A stretch of DNA of 43,500 nucleotides, from assembly GCF_003334255.1 (NCBI RefSeq), contig NZ_QOWU01000047.1; one strand, written 5' to 3'. Source of the stretch: Escherichia coli (GTDB lineage Bacteria; Pseudomonadota; Gammaproteobacteria; Enterobacterales; Enterobacteriaceae). Under the pieces are notes generated by a model, which worked only from the letters and a program-made list of their open reading frames with translations, made no database searches and was not told the origin of the DNA. Made by a program: the position numbers and the translations under genes. Shown in pieces: positions 10,529-22,643 of the stretch (position 1 is its first letter; every line of letters begins with the position of its first letter).

Positions 10529-13162
10529 TCAGGCAAGCCGGTAACTGAACGTCCGTGACTGGCCGGGTAAAAAAGGCCCCGATAGATTTGAACCTTGATT
10601 TTCCTCGGTGGTAATGTGTTCATCCATCATCGTTTCTGAGCAAGAAATCACCTCGCGACTGAAAGCAACAGTCGCATCACAGGTTGCTGATTCAGCCGGA
10701 TTAAACAGCCGTAAAATCACTTCTTGTCGGTCTTCAGCTTTCTTAAGTGCGCTTATCAGGCATCCCACTGGGGGCATTTTCAACAAACTATAACTTTCCG
10801 GCACGTTGAATCCGGCTTTGTTGAGCTTCATCACATCCCATGGGATTTTGTTGTAACACTGTACTGGAGTCAGCCATGCTCGCGCCTGCTGAGCTACACC
10901 AGCGGCGGTTGGCGTACCGGTATAACTCAATAAACTTAGGCGACAAGAAAGCAGACCACGTAGTTGTGAGTCCGGGACTGGCATTTTAATTCCCGAAGGC
11001 CGCCCAGGCCTTAAAAGCAGATCTTCTTTGCCCAGTAAGCCCACGCCACGCAGCAACGTAATGGCAAAGGTTTTCTTCTCTTCACCGATGACTTCAAATT
11101 CACGTAACCCTTCGCTAAAGACAGCCATGCCGTTACGCCCTTCCTGTAAGGCAACATAGTTGAGCATATTCCATACCGGAACCGGCGCTTCTTTCCAGCC
11201 TTCTTGCTGCCAGTTGTTCATTGCACTGTCGTTCACGGGGCGCGTTAGCGAACCAAACTGCGTATCTGCCAGAACACTGTCGGTGTTAAAAGGTGTAGGG
11301 ACCAGGACACGAAGGCGATGATCGTCAGCCTGGTTATCAAGATTGATATCCACATCAATACGCCTGCTGTTATGACTAAGAGTGACAACCAACACCACCC
11401 CTACTCTGCCAGTGGATTGCCGGGCGCTGCGTTCTGACAAATTGAGCGGCACTGCCATGTCATAGCGGATAACAGCCCTGCTCTGCCAGGCTTCATGAAT
11501 AATATCGCATTGCGGTTTCGCGTTCGCTGCGGTAATTACCCACTCTTCTTTTGCGGGTGAATAGTCATATTCATCACCATCATCAGAGCTTTCTTCAATT
11601 TGCAATACCCGGTCATAGCGCACACCGCTGTCTTTATCTACCAGTTGCAGAGAACCATCCTCATTGAGCGCAATTTGCCAGAAAGCATTTTCCAGTATCC
11701 CTTCAGCGTCACTTTTTGCCGCAATTACGTTGCCAGGCTGATTCGCTTCGATATAAAGCGTGCGATAGCCCATAGAAGGGACAATCTGGTTGATCTGTAT
11801 ATCAAACTCCATAAAGGGATCGTAATTACCGTAATGAACTATTTGCCGATCGATTAGGCCTGGATCGATCTCACGGGCATGGCGAATAAAATACGGTACA
11901 GGCTGACCGCGATCGTCCCGCAAATTAAACTGGCTGGCGCGCAGCCGCACAGTGGTGTTGATAACTTCTTCACGCGGCCAGGGCATCAGGTTAAACAGGA
12001 CGAGTTTGTCGGCGTCGCTCTGCGGCATGTTGTCGGCAATTTTGCGCATGTAGAAACGAATCAGATTATCCGCCATGTCTTCAGCCAGTTCGAAGCGGGC
12101 GACGATTTCGCGATGAACTTTGTCACTACAGCAGCAGCCGATACTGTCGTGGGCATGATTTTTTAAGATCTCTTTCCACATTTTCTCCAGCAAGCCGTGG
12201 TGGTATTCAAAACCCAACGTCCAGGCCAGTGTTGCCAGCGGTTCCAGCAGATTAACAATCTTATTTTCAATACGCGCGTGGGCAATTTTGATATCCATAC
12301 GCGTAGAACCGATGGTGCGATGCACGCGCATATATTTGCCATCAATAAATTCCCCTTTCAGGGTTGCCAGATTATCTCGCTGCGCTTCGATCTTCTCAAA
12401 TACCTCTTCAAAGCGGCTCATCACAAACTTACGTTGAGGGTAGATCTCACGTAGCTTATCCATCACTTCGAAGATATTTTGCTGCAATGGCATCTGGTCA
12501 TGCCCATTCGGCAGCAAAATCTCTTTGGTTACAGACGCTTTTTCCAGCACGTCAAAATAACTGTCGAGGCGTTTACGTAATCCGTTTTCGTCGGCAGGTA
12601 AGTACTTACCGATGGCGTAGCCCAGCGGCAGCACCTGCGCCGTCACTTCGCTACCGTCACTGCTTTGCCACAAAAACTCGGTTTTATCAGTACCGTGGCG
12701 CTCCGAACATCCGCGCCAGAACATGGTGCGGGTAATGCCAAATCCATTGTAGATATGCGGCAGTTGCCCGGACATGCCAAAGGAATCTGGTAAATAACCT
12801 ATTTTCATCGGCTCGCCAAACGCGAGGCAGTCACGCATTCCGTACATCAGATTACGGACGATGGATTCCGCAGAAACAATCGTGGTATCGGTCTGGGTAT
12901 ACCAGGGGCCGATAATCAACTTGCCGGCTTCTACCTGTTTCTTCACACGGTCTTTGTTTTCCGGTTTCACCGCGAAATAATCTTCGAGGATCGCCGTTTG
13001 CCCGTCGAGTACGTAATATTTGTATTCGTTGTCCTGTTCCAGTCGGCACAGGATCTCTTCCATATTATTGACCAGCAGAATACGTGACTCTTCGGTGGTG
13101 AAATACCACTCTCGATCCCAGTGCATATGCGGGGTGATGTGAACGCGAGATACTGCTTTCAT
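10529..13162 (-). CDS. mngB: Alpha-mannosidase (mannosylglycerate hydrolase), glycoside hydrolase family 38
   Basis: 877-aa ORF with GH38 N-terminal motifs ([10 protein letters not shown]); directly downstream of mngA. Confidence 0.92.
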
Positions 13163-13179
13163 CGTCGTTTCCTTTTTGT

Positions 13180-15156
13180 TTATGGCATTACGCCATCAGT
13201 CAGATAGTTGCCATGCTTAACCGCGTGACGCCGCCACATCAGGAGAATTGCAGTCGAGATTGCAGCCCCCACCAATGCCGCGCCAAACCAGCCAATTGCC
13301 GCCATAACACCGCCCGCGCCATTATCATGAAGTAAAAAGAGCGAGAAAATGCCGGCACCGGGTGTCGAAAGGCCGATATTCATCGCACCGACAATAGCGC
13401 CCGTTACCATAGAGCCCAGCACAAACGAACCAATAACCCGCAGCGGATCTTCAATCGCCATCGGGATCGCCCCTTCGGTAATACCTGCCAGCCCTAACAG
13501 CCAGGTGGATTTCCCGGTCTCAATTTCAAACTCTTTAAACAGGCGCGGTGCGAGCATCGTGGAAGCGGTTACGGTAAATGCCGAAACCATTTTGACGGAG
13601 GCGAAAATGGCATACGGGCCGTAAACGCCGTTCGCCATTGCGCCCAGGCAGAATGCATAAGCGGCTTTATTCACTGGCCCTCCAAGGTCAAAGGAACACA
13701 TAAAACCGAGAATGGCACCCAGCAACAGCGCGTTACTTCCTGACAGACCGTTCAGCCAGGCGGTAAGCGAGTTATTGATCCAGGCGACAGGTTCCCCCAC
13801 CACAAACAGCATCAGACTGCCCGCTCCCAACGTACCGAGCACCGGGTAGAGATAAAAAGTCAGGAATCCATTGAATTTACTGCTAAGACGCAAGTGATTT
13901 TTCACCCAGCGCATCAAGTAACCGGCTATCAATCCGCCAACGACCGCGCCGAGAAACCCGGAGCCGATCATGTTGGCGGCAAGTCCAGCCGCAAAGCCTG
14001 GCGCTAACGCCGGTTTATCTGCCAGAGAATAGGCGGTATAGGCCGCGAGCACCGGTACCATCAAAATTCCGAGCAGCCCGCCGCCCAGCTTGCGGTACAT
14101 CCACAGCCAGGAGTTTTCTTCATTAAACAGATCTTGTAGCCCGAAGATTTGCGACAGTAATACCGCGACCGCCAGCACCGTGCCCCCCGCGACAATCAAC
14201 GGTACGGCAAAAGAGATTCCGCTCAACAGTGCCTGTTTCAGCTCCGTTTTGACACTTTTCACCGGTTGCGTATCTTGCTGTACGGTACGCGTCTCATCGC
14301 TACGCTTGAGGGTAAGCGCTTGTTGGATCAACGCTTCTGCATGGCGAATCGGCTCGGCAACAGGCACTGAAAGCGCGGGAATGCCATTAAAACGCTCACT
14401 CTCCTTGATGGCGACTTCAGCCGCAAAAATACAGGCGGTTGCACTATTGAGTTGATCCGCCGTTAAACGCCCTTCAATGCCGTTAGCGCCTTGTTTTTCA
14501 ACGTAAACATTTACGCCGAGTTTGCGTCCGGCTTTTTCCAGATATTCCGCAGCCATATAGGTGTGAGCAATACCCGCCGGACAGGCCGTTACGCAGACGA
14601 TAGTTGGCGCGTTGGAAAAAGAGGCAGAAGGTTGCGTGCCTCCCTTGTCATCCAGCGCCGAGAGCAACTCATCAGGCGTCGTCGCCGACTGTATACGCGC
14701 CCGAATCTCATCATCCGCAAGGCGCGTGGTCAGCGCTGTCAGCAGTTGCATATGCGTAGTACCCGCTTCATTGGGGGGAATCGCCAGCAGCACCACTAAA
14801 TCAACTGCTTCCGGGCCATCAACGCCTTCCCACTGAAGCGGCTCGCTGAGTGTGGCGACCGCAAACGCCGCTTCTTTTACCGCAGCAGTTTTGCCATGCG
14901 GCACAGCCAACCCTTCACCTAAGGCGGTCGGGCCAAGGCTTTCACGGCGATACACTTCTTCCAGAAATTGCTCAGTACTGGAAATTTTCCCCAGAGCAGC
15001 AAGACGTTGAGTCAACGCGTGGATGGCCTCTTCACGGCTGGTAAAGCGCGCATTCAGACACAACGCATCGCGGTGGGTCAGAGTCGTCAGATTCATCATG
15101 ATCCTCACTTGATCGTTTTTATAGTCGCGCCAGTGTGCCCGATAAAACAATACCAT
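13180..15156 (-). CDS. mngA: PTS 2-O-alpha-mannosyl-D-glycerate-specific EIIABC component (fructose-family PTS permease)
   Basis: 658-aa ORF with N-terminal EIIA, EIIB and C-terminal polytopic EIIC domain. Confidence 0.92.
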
Positions 15157-15230
15157 TATGTGATCAATTTCACTTGATTGAAATTATTTGTATTGTATTT
15201 GTATTATTTACAGGATGAATTTATCGGGCA
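15136..15230. promoter_or_regulatory. mngR-mngA divergent control region: three tandem TGTATT direct repeats flanked by an 11-bp perfect inverted repeat (candidate MngR operator)
   Basis: tgtattgtatttgtatt at 15189-15205; tgcccgataaa at 15136-15146 and its exact reverse complement tttatcgggca at 15220-15230. Confidence 0.55.
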
Positions 15231-15264
15231 TAATGGTTAAATTCGTATTAATGAGATACTAAAA

Positions 15265-15987
15265 ATGGGACACAAGCCCTTATACCGGCAGATTGCCGAT
15301 CGCATTCGTGAACAAATTGCGCGTGGCGAGCTTAAACCTGGCGATGCGTTACCCACTGAATCAGCGCTACAAACAGAGTTTGGCGTCAGCCGGGTTACGG
15401 TGCGTCAGGCTTTGCGCCAGCTAGTCGAGCAGCAGATCCTCGAAAGCATTCAGGGCAGCGGGACTTACGTCAAAGAAGAGCGGGTCAATTACGATATTTT
15501 TCAGTTAACCAGTTTTGATGAAAAACTGTCGGACCGTCACGTCGATACACACAGTGAAGTTCTGATATTCGAAGTGATTCCGGCTGACGATTTTCTTCAG
15601 CAACAGCTACAAATCACCCCGCAGGATCGTGTGTGGCATGTGAAGCGCGTGCGCTATCGCAAGCAAAAGCCAATGGCGCTGGAAGAAACCTGGATGCCGC
15701 TTGCGTTGTTCCCGGATCTCACCTGGCAGGTCATGGAAAATTCGAAATATCACTTTATCGAAGAAGTGAAGAAAATGGTTATCGATCGTAGCGAACAGGA
15801 AATCATTCCTCTGATGCCAACCGAAGAGATGAGCCGTCTGCTTAATATCAGCCAGACAAAGCCGATTCTTGAAAAAGTATCGCGTGGATATTTAGTTGAT
15901 GGTCGGGTGTTTGAATATAGCCGCAACGCTTTTAATACCGATGACTATAAATTTACCCTGATAGCGCAGCGAAAATCATCGCGATAA
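15265..15987 (+). CDS. mngR: GntR-family (HutC/FarR subfamily) transcriptional repressor of the mannosylglycerate operon
   Basis: 240-aa ORF with N-terminal GntR winged-helix (LPTESALQTEFGVSRVTVRQALRQL) and UTRA effector domain; divergent from mngA. Confidence 0.92.
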   Translation: MGHKPLYRQIADRIREQIARGELKPGDALPTESALQTEFGVSRVTVRQALRQLVEQQILESIQGSGTYVKEERVNYDIFQLTSFDEKLSDRHVDTHSEVLIFEVIPADDFLQQQLQITPQDRVWHVKRVRYRKQKPMALEETWMPLALFPDLTWQVMENSKYHFIEEVKKMVIDRSEQEIIPLMPTEEMSRLLNISQTKPILEKVSRGYLVDGRVFEYSRNAFNTDDYKFTLIAQRKSSR

Positions 15988-15990
15988 GCA

Positions 15991-16015
15991 CAAAAAAGGC
16001 CATCATACGATGGCC
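15991..16015 (-). terminator. Rho-independent terminator of the sdh-suc operon (hairpin ggccatc-atac-gatggcc followed by U6 on the minus strand)
   Basis: Perfect 7-bp GC-rich stem with 4-nt loop at 15998-16015, A6 on the plus strand at 15992-15997 (= U6 after the hairpin on the minus-strand transcript). Confidence 0.8.
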
Positions 16016-16090
16016 AACCATGTCGAAACCGACAGCCCTTCGCCATTCCTGTAGAGGGAAGCGGCGAGGGCTATTTCTTATTACAGATAT
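15991..16090 (-). ncRNA. sdhX: Putative 3'UTR-derived sRNA SdhX (RybD) from the sucD 3' UTR
   Basis: ~100-nt untranslated segment between the sucD stop and the terminator; a 3'UTR sRNA is described at this position in E. coli/Salmonella; exact 5' end cannot be determined from sequence. Confidence 0.45.
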
Positions 16091-16960
16091 TTATTTCAGA
16101 ACAGTTTTCAGTGCTTCACCGATATCCGCCAGGCTGCGAACGGTTTTCACGCCTGCGGCTTCCAGAGCAGCGAATTTCTCATCCGCAGTCCCTTTCCCAC
16201 CGGCAATGATGGCACCCGCGTGGCCCATACGTTTGCCTTTCGGCGCAGTCACACCAGCGATGTAACCCACAACTGGCTTGGTAACGTGCTCTTTGATGTA
16301 CGCAGCTGCTTCTTCTTCAGCGCTACCGCCGATCTCACCGATCATCACGATCGCTTCGGTCTGCGGATCTTTTTCGAACATTTCGAGAATGTCGATAAAG
16401 TTAGAGCCCGGGATCGGGTCACCGCCGATACCGACACAGGTCGACTGACCGAAACCGTAATCCGTGGTCTGTTTAACCGCTTCATAGGTCAGTGTACCGG
16501 AACGGGAAACGATACCCACTTTACCCGGTTTGTGAATGTGACCAGGCTGGATACCGATTTTGCATTCACCCGGAGTGATAACGCCTGGGCAGTTCGGGCC
16601 GATCATACGAACGCCTGCTTCATCCAGCTTCACTTTCACGGTCAGCATATCCAGCGTCGGGATGCCTTCAGTGATGGTGATAATCAGTTTGATGCCTGCG
16701 TCGATGGCTTCCAGAATGGAGTCTTTGCAGAACGGTGCTGGTACGTAGATAACAGAAGCGGTAGCGCCAGTGGCAGCAACGGCTTCACGCACGGTGTTGA
16801 ACACCGGCAGGCCGAGGTGGGTGGTGCCGCCTTTACCTGGGGTTACGCCGCCAACCATTTTAGTGCCGTATGCAATGGCCTGTTCTGAGTGGAAAGTCCC
16901 CTGGCTACCGGTAAAGCCCTGGCAGATAACCTTGGTGTTTTTATCGATTAAAATGGACAT
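16091..16960 (-). CDS. sucD: Succinyl-CoA synthetase alpha subunit
   Basis: 289-aa [36 protein letters not shown]... with CoA-binding and phosphohistidine motifs. Confidence 0.97.
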
Positions 16961-18126
16961 TATTTCCCCTCCACTGCGGCAACAACCTGCTGAGCTGCAT
17001 CCGTCAGACCTTTTGCTGCAATAATATTCAGGCCGCTGTCAGCCAGTTTCTTCGCGCCGAGTTCGGCGTTGTTACCTTCCAGACGTACCACGACCGGTAC
17101 GTTAACACCCACTTCTGCTACCGCGCCGATGATACCGTCAGCGATCAGGTCGCAACGAACGATACCGCCGAAGATGTTAACCAGAACGGCTTTCACTTTG
17201 TCGTCAGAGAGGATGATTTTGAACGCTTCGGTTACACGTTCTTTGGTTGCGCCGCCGCCAACGTCAAGGAAGTTAGCCGGTTCGCCGCCGTGCAGTTTAA
17301 CGATGTCCATCGTACCCATCGCCAGACCTGCGCCGTTAACCATACAACCGATGTTACCGTCCAGCGCAACGTAGTTCAGTTCCCACTGTGCAGCCTGTGC
17401 TTCACGCGGATCTTCCTGCGACTGGTCACGCATTTCGCGCAGATCAGGCTGGCGGAACAGTGCGTTGCCGTCAGCGCCCAGTTTGCCGTCGAGGCAAATC
17501 AGATCGCCCTGTTTGGTGATGACCAGCGGGTTGATTTCGATCAACGCCAGGTCGCGCTCCAGGAAAATGGTCGCCAGGCCCATGAAGATTTTGGTGAACT
17601 GCTGAACCAGTTTACCTTCCAGACCCAGTTTGAACGCCAGCTCGCGTCCCTGATACGGCATCGGGCCAGTCAGCGGATCAAGCGCAACTTTATGGATCAG
17701 GTGCGGAGTTTCTTCCGCCACTTTTTCGATTTCCACGCCGCCTTCGGTGGAGGCCATAAAGACCACACGACGGGAACTACGGTCAACAACGGCACCGAGA
17801 TACAGCTCTTTAGCGATATCGGTCGCTGCTTCAACCAGAATCTGGTTAACCGGTTGGCCATTGGCATCTGTTTGATACGTTACCAGACGCTTGCCCAGCC
17901 AGTTTTCTGCAAAAGCACGGATGTCTTCTTTGCTGTTTACAACTTTCACACCGCCCGCTTTACCGCGGCCACCAGCGTGAACCTGACATTTCACTACCCA
18001 CGGACCGGCACCGATTTTTGAAGCGGCTTCTTCTGCTTCGCGCGGAGTAGTACAGGCATAACCCACCGGTGCTGGTAAGCCATAGCGGGCAAAAAGTTGT
18101 TTTGCCTGATATTCATGTAAGTTCAT
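16960..18126 (-). CDS. sucC: Succinyl-CoA synthetase beta subunit
   Basis: 388-aa [23 protein letters not shown]... with ATP-grasp domain; stop overlaps sucD start (ATGA). Confidence 0.97.
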
Positions 18127-18204
18127 GTGTTCTGTCCATCCTTCAGTAATCGTTATCTTTTAAACCGTAGACCGAATATTTCGTATCGCTTCCGGGCATT
18201 GTCG

Positions 18205-18480
18205 GTCACCCGTAGGCCTGATAAGACACGTTAAACGTCACATCAGGCATCGCTTGTCGGATGCGGCGCTTGCGCCTTATCCGACCTACATTGGTGGTCC
18301 CCGTAGGCCTGATAAGACACGTTAACCGTCACATCAGGCATCGCTTGTCGGATGCGGCGCTAGCGCCTTATCCGACCTACATTGGTGGTCCCGTAGGCCT
18401 GATAAGACGCGTCAGCGTCGCATCAGGCTTCAATTGCCGGAGAAGGCGATAATGCCTTATCCGGTCTACAGTGCAGGTGA
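18205..18480. repeat. Tandem array of three REP/BIME palindromic units (~91-bp period) in the sucB-sucC intergenic region
   Basis: Unit ...cgtaggcctgataagacacgttaaacgtcacatcaggcatcgcttgtcggatgcggcgcttgcgccttatccgacctacattggtggtcc... begins at 18211, 18302 and 18392; contains the REP consensus (gcctgatgcg...cgcatccggc-type palindromes). Confidence 0.85.
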
Positions 18481-18491
18481 AACTTAAACTA

Positions 18492-19709
18492 CTACACGTC
18501 CAGCAGCAGACGCGTCGGATCTTCCAGCAACTCTTTGATCGTTACCAGGAAGCCCACGGATTCGCGACCATCGATCAGACGGTGATCGTAGGACAGCGCC
18601 AGGTACATCATCGGCAGGATCTCAACCTGACCATTCACCGCCATCGGACGATCTTTGATAGCGTGCATACCCAGAATTGCGCTCTGCGGCGGGTTGATGA
18701 TCGGCGTAGACATCAGGGAACCGAACACACCACCGTTGGTGATGGTGAAGTTACCACCGGTCAGATCTTCAACGGTCAGCTTGCCGTCACGGCCTTTGAC
18801 TGCCAGCTCTTTGATTTTCTTCTCGATGTCTGCCATGCCGAGGGTATCGACATCACGCAGAACCGGCGTCACCAGGCCGCGCGGCGTAGAAACCGCCATG
18901 CTGACGTCGAAATAGTTGTGGTAAACCACGTCATCGCCGTCGATAGAAGCGTTCACTTCCGGGTAACGTTTCAGGGCTTCAACCACCGCTTTCACGTAGA
19001 AGGACATAAAGCCCAGACGGATGCCGTGGCGTTTTTCAAACGCTTCACCGTACTGCTTACGCAGATCCATAATCGGCTTCATGTTGACTTCGTTGAACGT
19101 GGTCAGCATGGCGGTGGAGTTTTTCGCTTCCAGCAGACGCTCTGCCACACGCTTACGCAGGCGAGTCATCGGGACACGTTTTTCACTACGTGCAGCCAGA
19201 GCCGGTTGCGCCGCCGGAGCAGCCGCTGCCGGAGCAGACTCTTTCGCCGGGGCTTTCGCCAGATGTTTTTCCACATCTTCACGAGTCAGACGACCACCCA
19301 CACCGGTGCCTTTAATGGCGCTGGCGTCGAGATTGTGTTCAGCCAGCAGGCGACGGATCGCCGGGCTTAACGCATCGTTGTTTTGCTCTTCCAGAGACGC
19401 CTGCTGGCGTTGCGCCGGAGTGGACGCTTTCTCTTCAGATTTGGCGCTGGTTTCTTTACCGGCGCTGTTGCCTTCACGCAGGCGACCAAGGATCTGACGA
19501 GACGTTACCGTTGTACCTTCATCTTCCAGAACCGCATCCAGAATGCCGTCTGCTGATGCCGGTACTTCCAGTACCACTTTGTCAGTTTCGATTTCTACCA
19601 GCACTTCATCACGTACGACTGCGTCGCCGGGTTTTTTATGCCAGGTTGCGACGGTGGCATCGGCTACGGATTCAGGCAGGTCAGGGACCAGAATATCTAC
19701 GCTACTCAT
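18492..19709 (-). CDS. sucB: 2-oxoglutarate dehydrogenase E2 component (dihydrolipoyllysine-residue succinyltransferase)
   Basis: 405-aa ORF with N-terminal lipoyl domain ([11 protein letters not shown]), Ala/Pro linker and catalytic domain with DHRLIDG motif. Confidence 0.97.
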
Positions 19710-19723
19710 TGTGTATCCTTTAT

Positions 19724-22525
19724 TTATTCGACGTTCAGCGCGTCATTAACCAGATCTTGTTGCTGTTTCTGGTGAACGGACATATACCCTACCGCCGGAG
19801 AGGCGGAGGCCGGGCGGCCTGCATAACGCAGAGAAGCCCCAAACGGAATCACTTCACGGAAATGATGCTGGCTGCAGTACCATGCGCCCTGGTTGAGCGG
19901 CTCTTCCTGGCACCAGACAAAATCCTTGACGTGAGCAAACTGCTGCAACACTTCCTGCATCGCTTTATGCGGGAACGGGTAGAGTTGCTCGATACGCACA
20001 ATGGCGACATCGTGTTGATTGTTCTTACGACGCTGTTCCAGCAGGTCGTAATAAACCTTACCAGAACACATCACTACGCGCTTCACGCCCTTCGGATCAA
20101 GCTCGTCGATTTCACCGATGGCTGGCAGGAAGGTGCCGTTCGCCAGTTCTTCGAGGCTGGAAACCGCCAGCGGATGACGCAGCAGGGATTTCGGCGACAT
20201 CACGACCAGCGGACGACGCATCCCGCGCAGCGCCTGACGACGCAGCATGTGGTAAACCTGTGCCGGGGTAGACGGTACGCAAACCTGCATGTTTTGCTCA
20301 GCACAAAGTTGCAGATAACGTTCCAGACGCGCGGAGGAGTGCTCCGGCCCCTGCCCTTCGTAACCGTGCGGCAGCAACATCACCAGACCACACATCCGGC
20401 CCCATTTCTGTTCGCCAGAGGAGATGAACTGGTCGATAACCACCTGCGCACCGTTGGCGAAGTCACCGAACTGCGCTTCCCAGATGGTCAGAGTGCGTGG
20501 TTCTGCGGTGGCATAACCATATTCAAACGCCAGCACTGCTTCTTCAGACAGTACGGAGTCCCAGACACGGAACGCGCCCTGCCCGTTATGGATATGTTGC
20601 AGCGGCGTGTAAGTGGAACCGTTAGACTGGTTGTGGATCACCGCGTGGCGGTGGAAGAAGGTACCGCGACCGGAGTCTTCACCCGACAGGCGAACCGGAA
20701 TGCCTTCATCAACCAGCGTGGCGTAAGCGAGGTTTTCCGCACCGCCCCAGTCGAACAGTTTCTCACCGGCAGCCATCGCCTGGCGATCGCCATAAATCTT
20801 GGCAACGCGAGACTGCATTTCAACTGCTTCCGGCACCGTGCTGATGCGTTTCGCCAGCTCCTGCAGGCGCTTCATCTCAACTTTGTTCGGGTACTCTTCG
20901 TCCCATTCGTGGTTGAGGTACGGCGACCAGGTGAAAGAGTGCATGTTCATCGGACGCCACTCTGCCACTACGCAATCGCCAGCATCCAGCGCATCGCGGT
21001 ACAGGTTAACCATCTCGGTGGCATCTTCCAGCGTCGCCACTTTTTCCTGCTCCAGCTTGTCAGCGTAGATTTTGCGCGGTGTCGGATGTTTTTTGATTTT
21101 CTGATACATCAGCGGCTGGGTTGCGCTCGGCTCGTCGGCTTCGTTGTGGCCGTGACGGCGGTAGCACACCAGGTCGATGAAGACATCACGTTTAAAGGTG
21201 TTACGGAAATCGAGCGCCAGACGGGTCACAAAGGCAACGGCTTCCGGATCGTCCGCGTTAACGTGGAAAATCGGGGCCTGAACCATCTTACCGATATCAG
21301 TACAGTACGGCGTAGAACGGGCATCCAGCGGATTAGAGGTGGTGAAACCAACCTGGTTGTTGATAACGATACGTACCGTACCGCCAACTTCATAACCACG
21401 CGCTTTCGACATGTTCAGGGTTTCCTGAACCACGCCCTGCCCGGTCACTGCGGCGTCACCGTGGATGGTGATTGGCAGCACTTTGTTGCTGCTCGGCTCA
21501 TCAAGTCTGTCCAGACGGGCACGAACAGAACCGATAACTACCGGGCTTACAATCTCAAGGTGAGACGGGTTAAACGCCAGCGCCAGGTGCACCAGGCCGC
21601 CATCGGTCTGGAAGTCAGACGAGAAGCCCATGTGGTATTTCACGTCACCCGTGCCGAGGTGTTCTTTATGTTTACCGGCGAACTCGTCGAACAAGTCTTG
21701 CGGTTTTTTACCCAGCACGTTCACCAGCACGTTCAGACGACCACGGTGCGCCATCCCGAGAACCACTTCGCGGGTGCCGCTGTTGCCAGCGTGGCGGATC
21801 ATCTCTTTAAGCATCGGGATTAACGCGTCACCGCCTTCCAGCGAGAAGCGTTTTGCGCCAGGGAATTTTGCGCCGAGGTAACGTTCAAGACCTTCAGCGG
21901 CGGTCAGTTCGCTTAAGAAGCGTTTTTTCTCTTCGCTATTGAAAGTCGCGCGACCAGACTCGATACGCTGTTGGATCCAGCGTTTTTCTTCGGTGCTGGT
22001 AATGTGCATATACTCGGCACCAATCGGGCCGCAGTAGGTTTGCTTGAGGGCTTCCAGCAGCTCGCCGAGTTTCATGGTTTCTTTGCCGCTGGCAAATGAA
22101 CCGACGTTGAAGGTCTCCTGGAAGTCTGCTTCGGTCAGATCGTGGAAAGACGGATCCAGATCGGCCACTTTATCTTGCTGCCACAGTCCCAGCGGATCGA
22201 GATTCGCATGCTGGTGACCACGGAAGCGGTATGCGTTAATGAGCTGCAGGACTTTAACCTGCTTCACATTGGTGTCAGGGTCGGAGATCGTTGAAGAGTA
22301 ACGTGAAGCGTCTTTCGCCAGGCGGCGGAAATATTCACGCGTTTGAGAGTGGAATTGATCCGGTTTGACTCCCGTACCAGGTAACTGCTGGAACGTCGAA
22401 CGCCAGTTAGCGTCAACCGAGTCAGGATCGGTTAAGAAGTCTTCATAGAGCTGTTCTATCCAGCTCTGGTTTGCGCCAGAGAGGTAAGAAGAGTCCAACC
22501 AGGCTTTCAAAGCGCTGTTCTGCAT
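19724..22525 (-). CDS. sucA: 2-oxoglutarate dehydrogenase E1 component (thiamine diphosphate-dependent)
   Basis: 933-aa [37 protein letters not shown]..., E1o family. Confidence 0.97.
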   Translation of the reverse strand: MQNSALKAWLDSSYLSGANQSWIEQLYEDFLTDPDSVDANWRSTFQQLPGTGVKPDQFHSQTREYFRRLAKDASRYSSTISDPDTNVKQVKVLQLINAYRFRGHQHANLDPLGLWQQDKVADLDPSFHDLTEADFQETFNVGSFASGKETMKLGELLEALKQTYCGPIGAEYMHITSTEEKRWIQQRIESGRATFNSEEKKRFLSELTAAEGLERYLGAKFPGAKRFSLEGGDALIPMLKEMIRHAGNSGTREVVLGMAHRGRLNVLVNVLGKKPQDLFDEFAGKHKEHLGTGDVKYHMGFSSDFQTDGGLVHLALAFNPSHLEIVSPVVIGSVRARLDRLDEPSSNKVLPITIHGDAAVTGQGVVQETLNMSKARGYEVGGTVRIVINNQVGFTTSNPLDARSTPYCTDIGKMVQAPIFHVNADDPEAVAFVTRLALDFRNTFKRDVFIDLVCYRRHGHNEADEPSATQPLMYQKIKKHPTPRKIYADKLEQEKVATLEDATEMVNLYRDALDAGDCVVAEWRPMNMHSFTWSPYLNHEWDEEYPNKVEMKRLQELAKRISTVPEAVEMQSRVAKIYGDRQAMAAGEKLFDWGGAENLAYATLVDEGIPVRLSGEDSGRGTFFHRHAVIHNQSNGSTYTPLQHIHNGQGAFRVWDSVLSEEAVLAFEYGYATAEPRTLTIWEAQFGDFANGAQVVIDQFISSGEQKWGRMCGLVMLLPHGYEGQGPEHSSARLERYLQLCAEQNMQVCVPSTPAQVYHMLRRQALRGMRRPLVVMSPKSLLRHPLAVSSLEELANGTFLPAIGEIDELDPKGVKRVVMCSGKVYYDLLEQRRKNNQHDVAIVRIEQLYPFPHKAMQEVLQQFAHVKDFVWCQEEPLNQGAWYCSQHHFREVIPFGASLRYAGRPASASPAVGYMSVHQKQQQDLVNDALNVE

Positions 22526-22643
22526 CGTGATCCCTTAAGCATCTTTTTTATGCTTACTTCGCCGTGGATACTACCACGCACAGTGATGTGCGTGCCGGGG
22601 TTCACTTGCGAGCTCTTGTCTACGTAGTGGCTCGCGAAGGAAC

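Noticed and set aside
18205-18480. Possible CRISPR array (regular ~91-bp periodic repeats)
   Set aside because: The units are REP/BIME palindromes with the canonical enterobacterial REP consensus, the inter-repeat sequences are themselves repeated rather than unique spacers, and no cas genes are nearby.
19511-21823. 770-aa plus-strand ORF (with nested and adjacent smaller ORFs) overlapping sucA
   Set aside because: Lies entirely antisense to the confidently identified sucA; its translation is low-complexity and Arg/His/Val-rich with no recognisable domain. Long antisense ORFs are expected opposite GC-rich, codon-biased genes.
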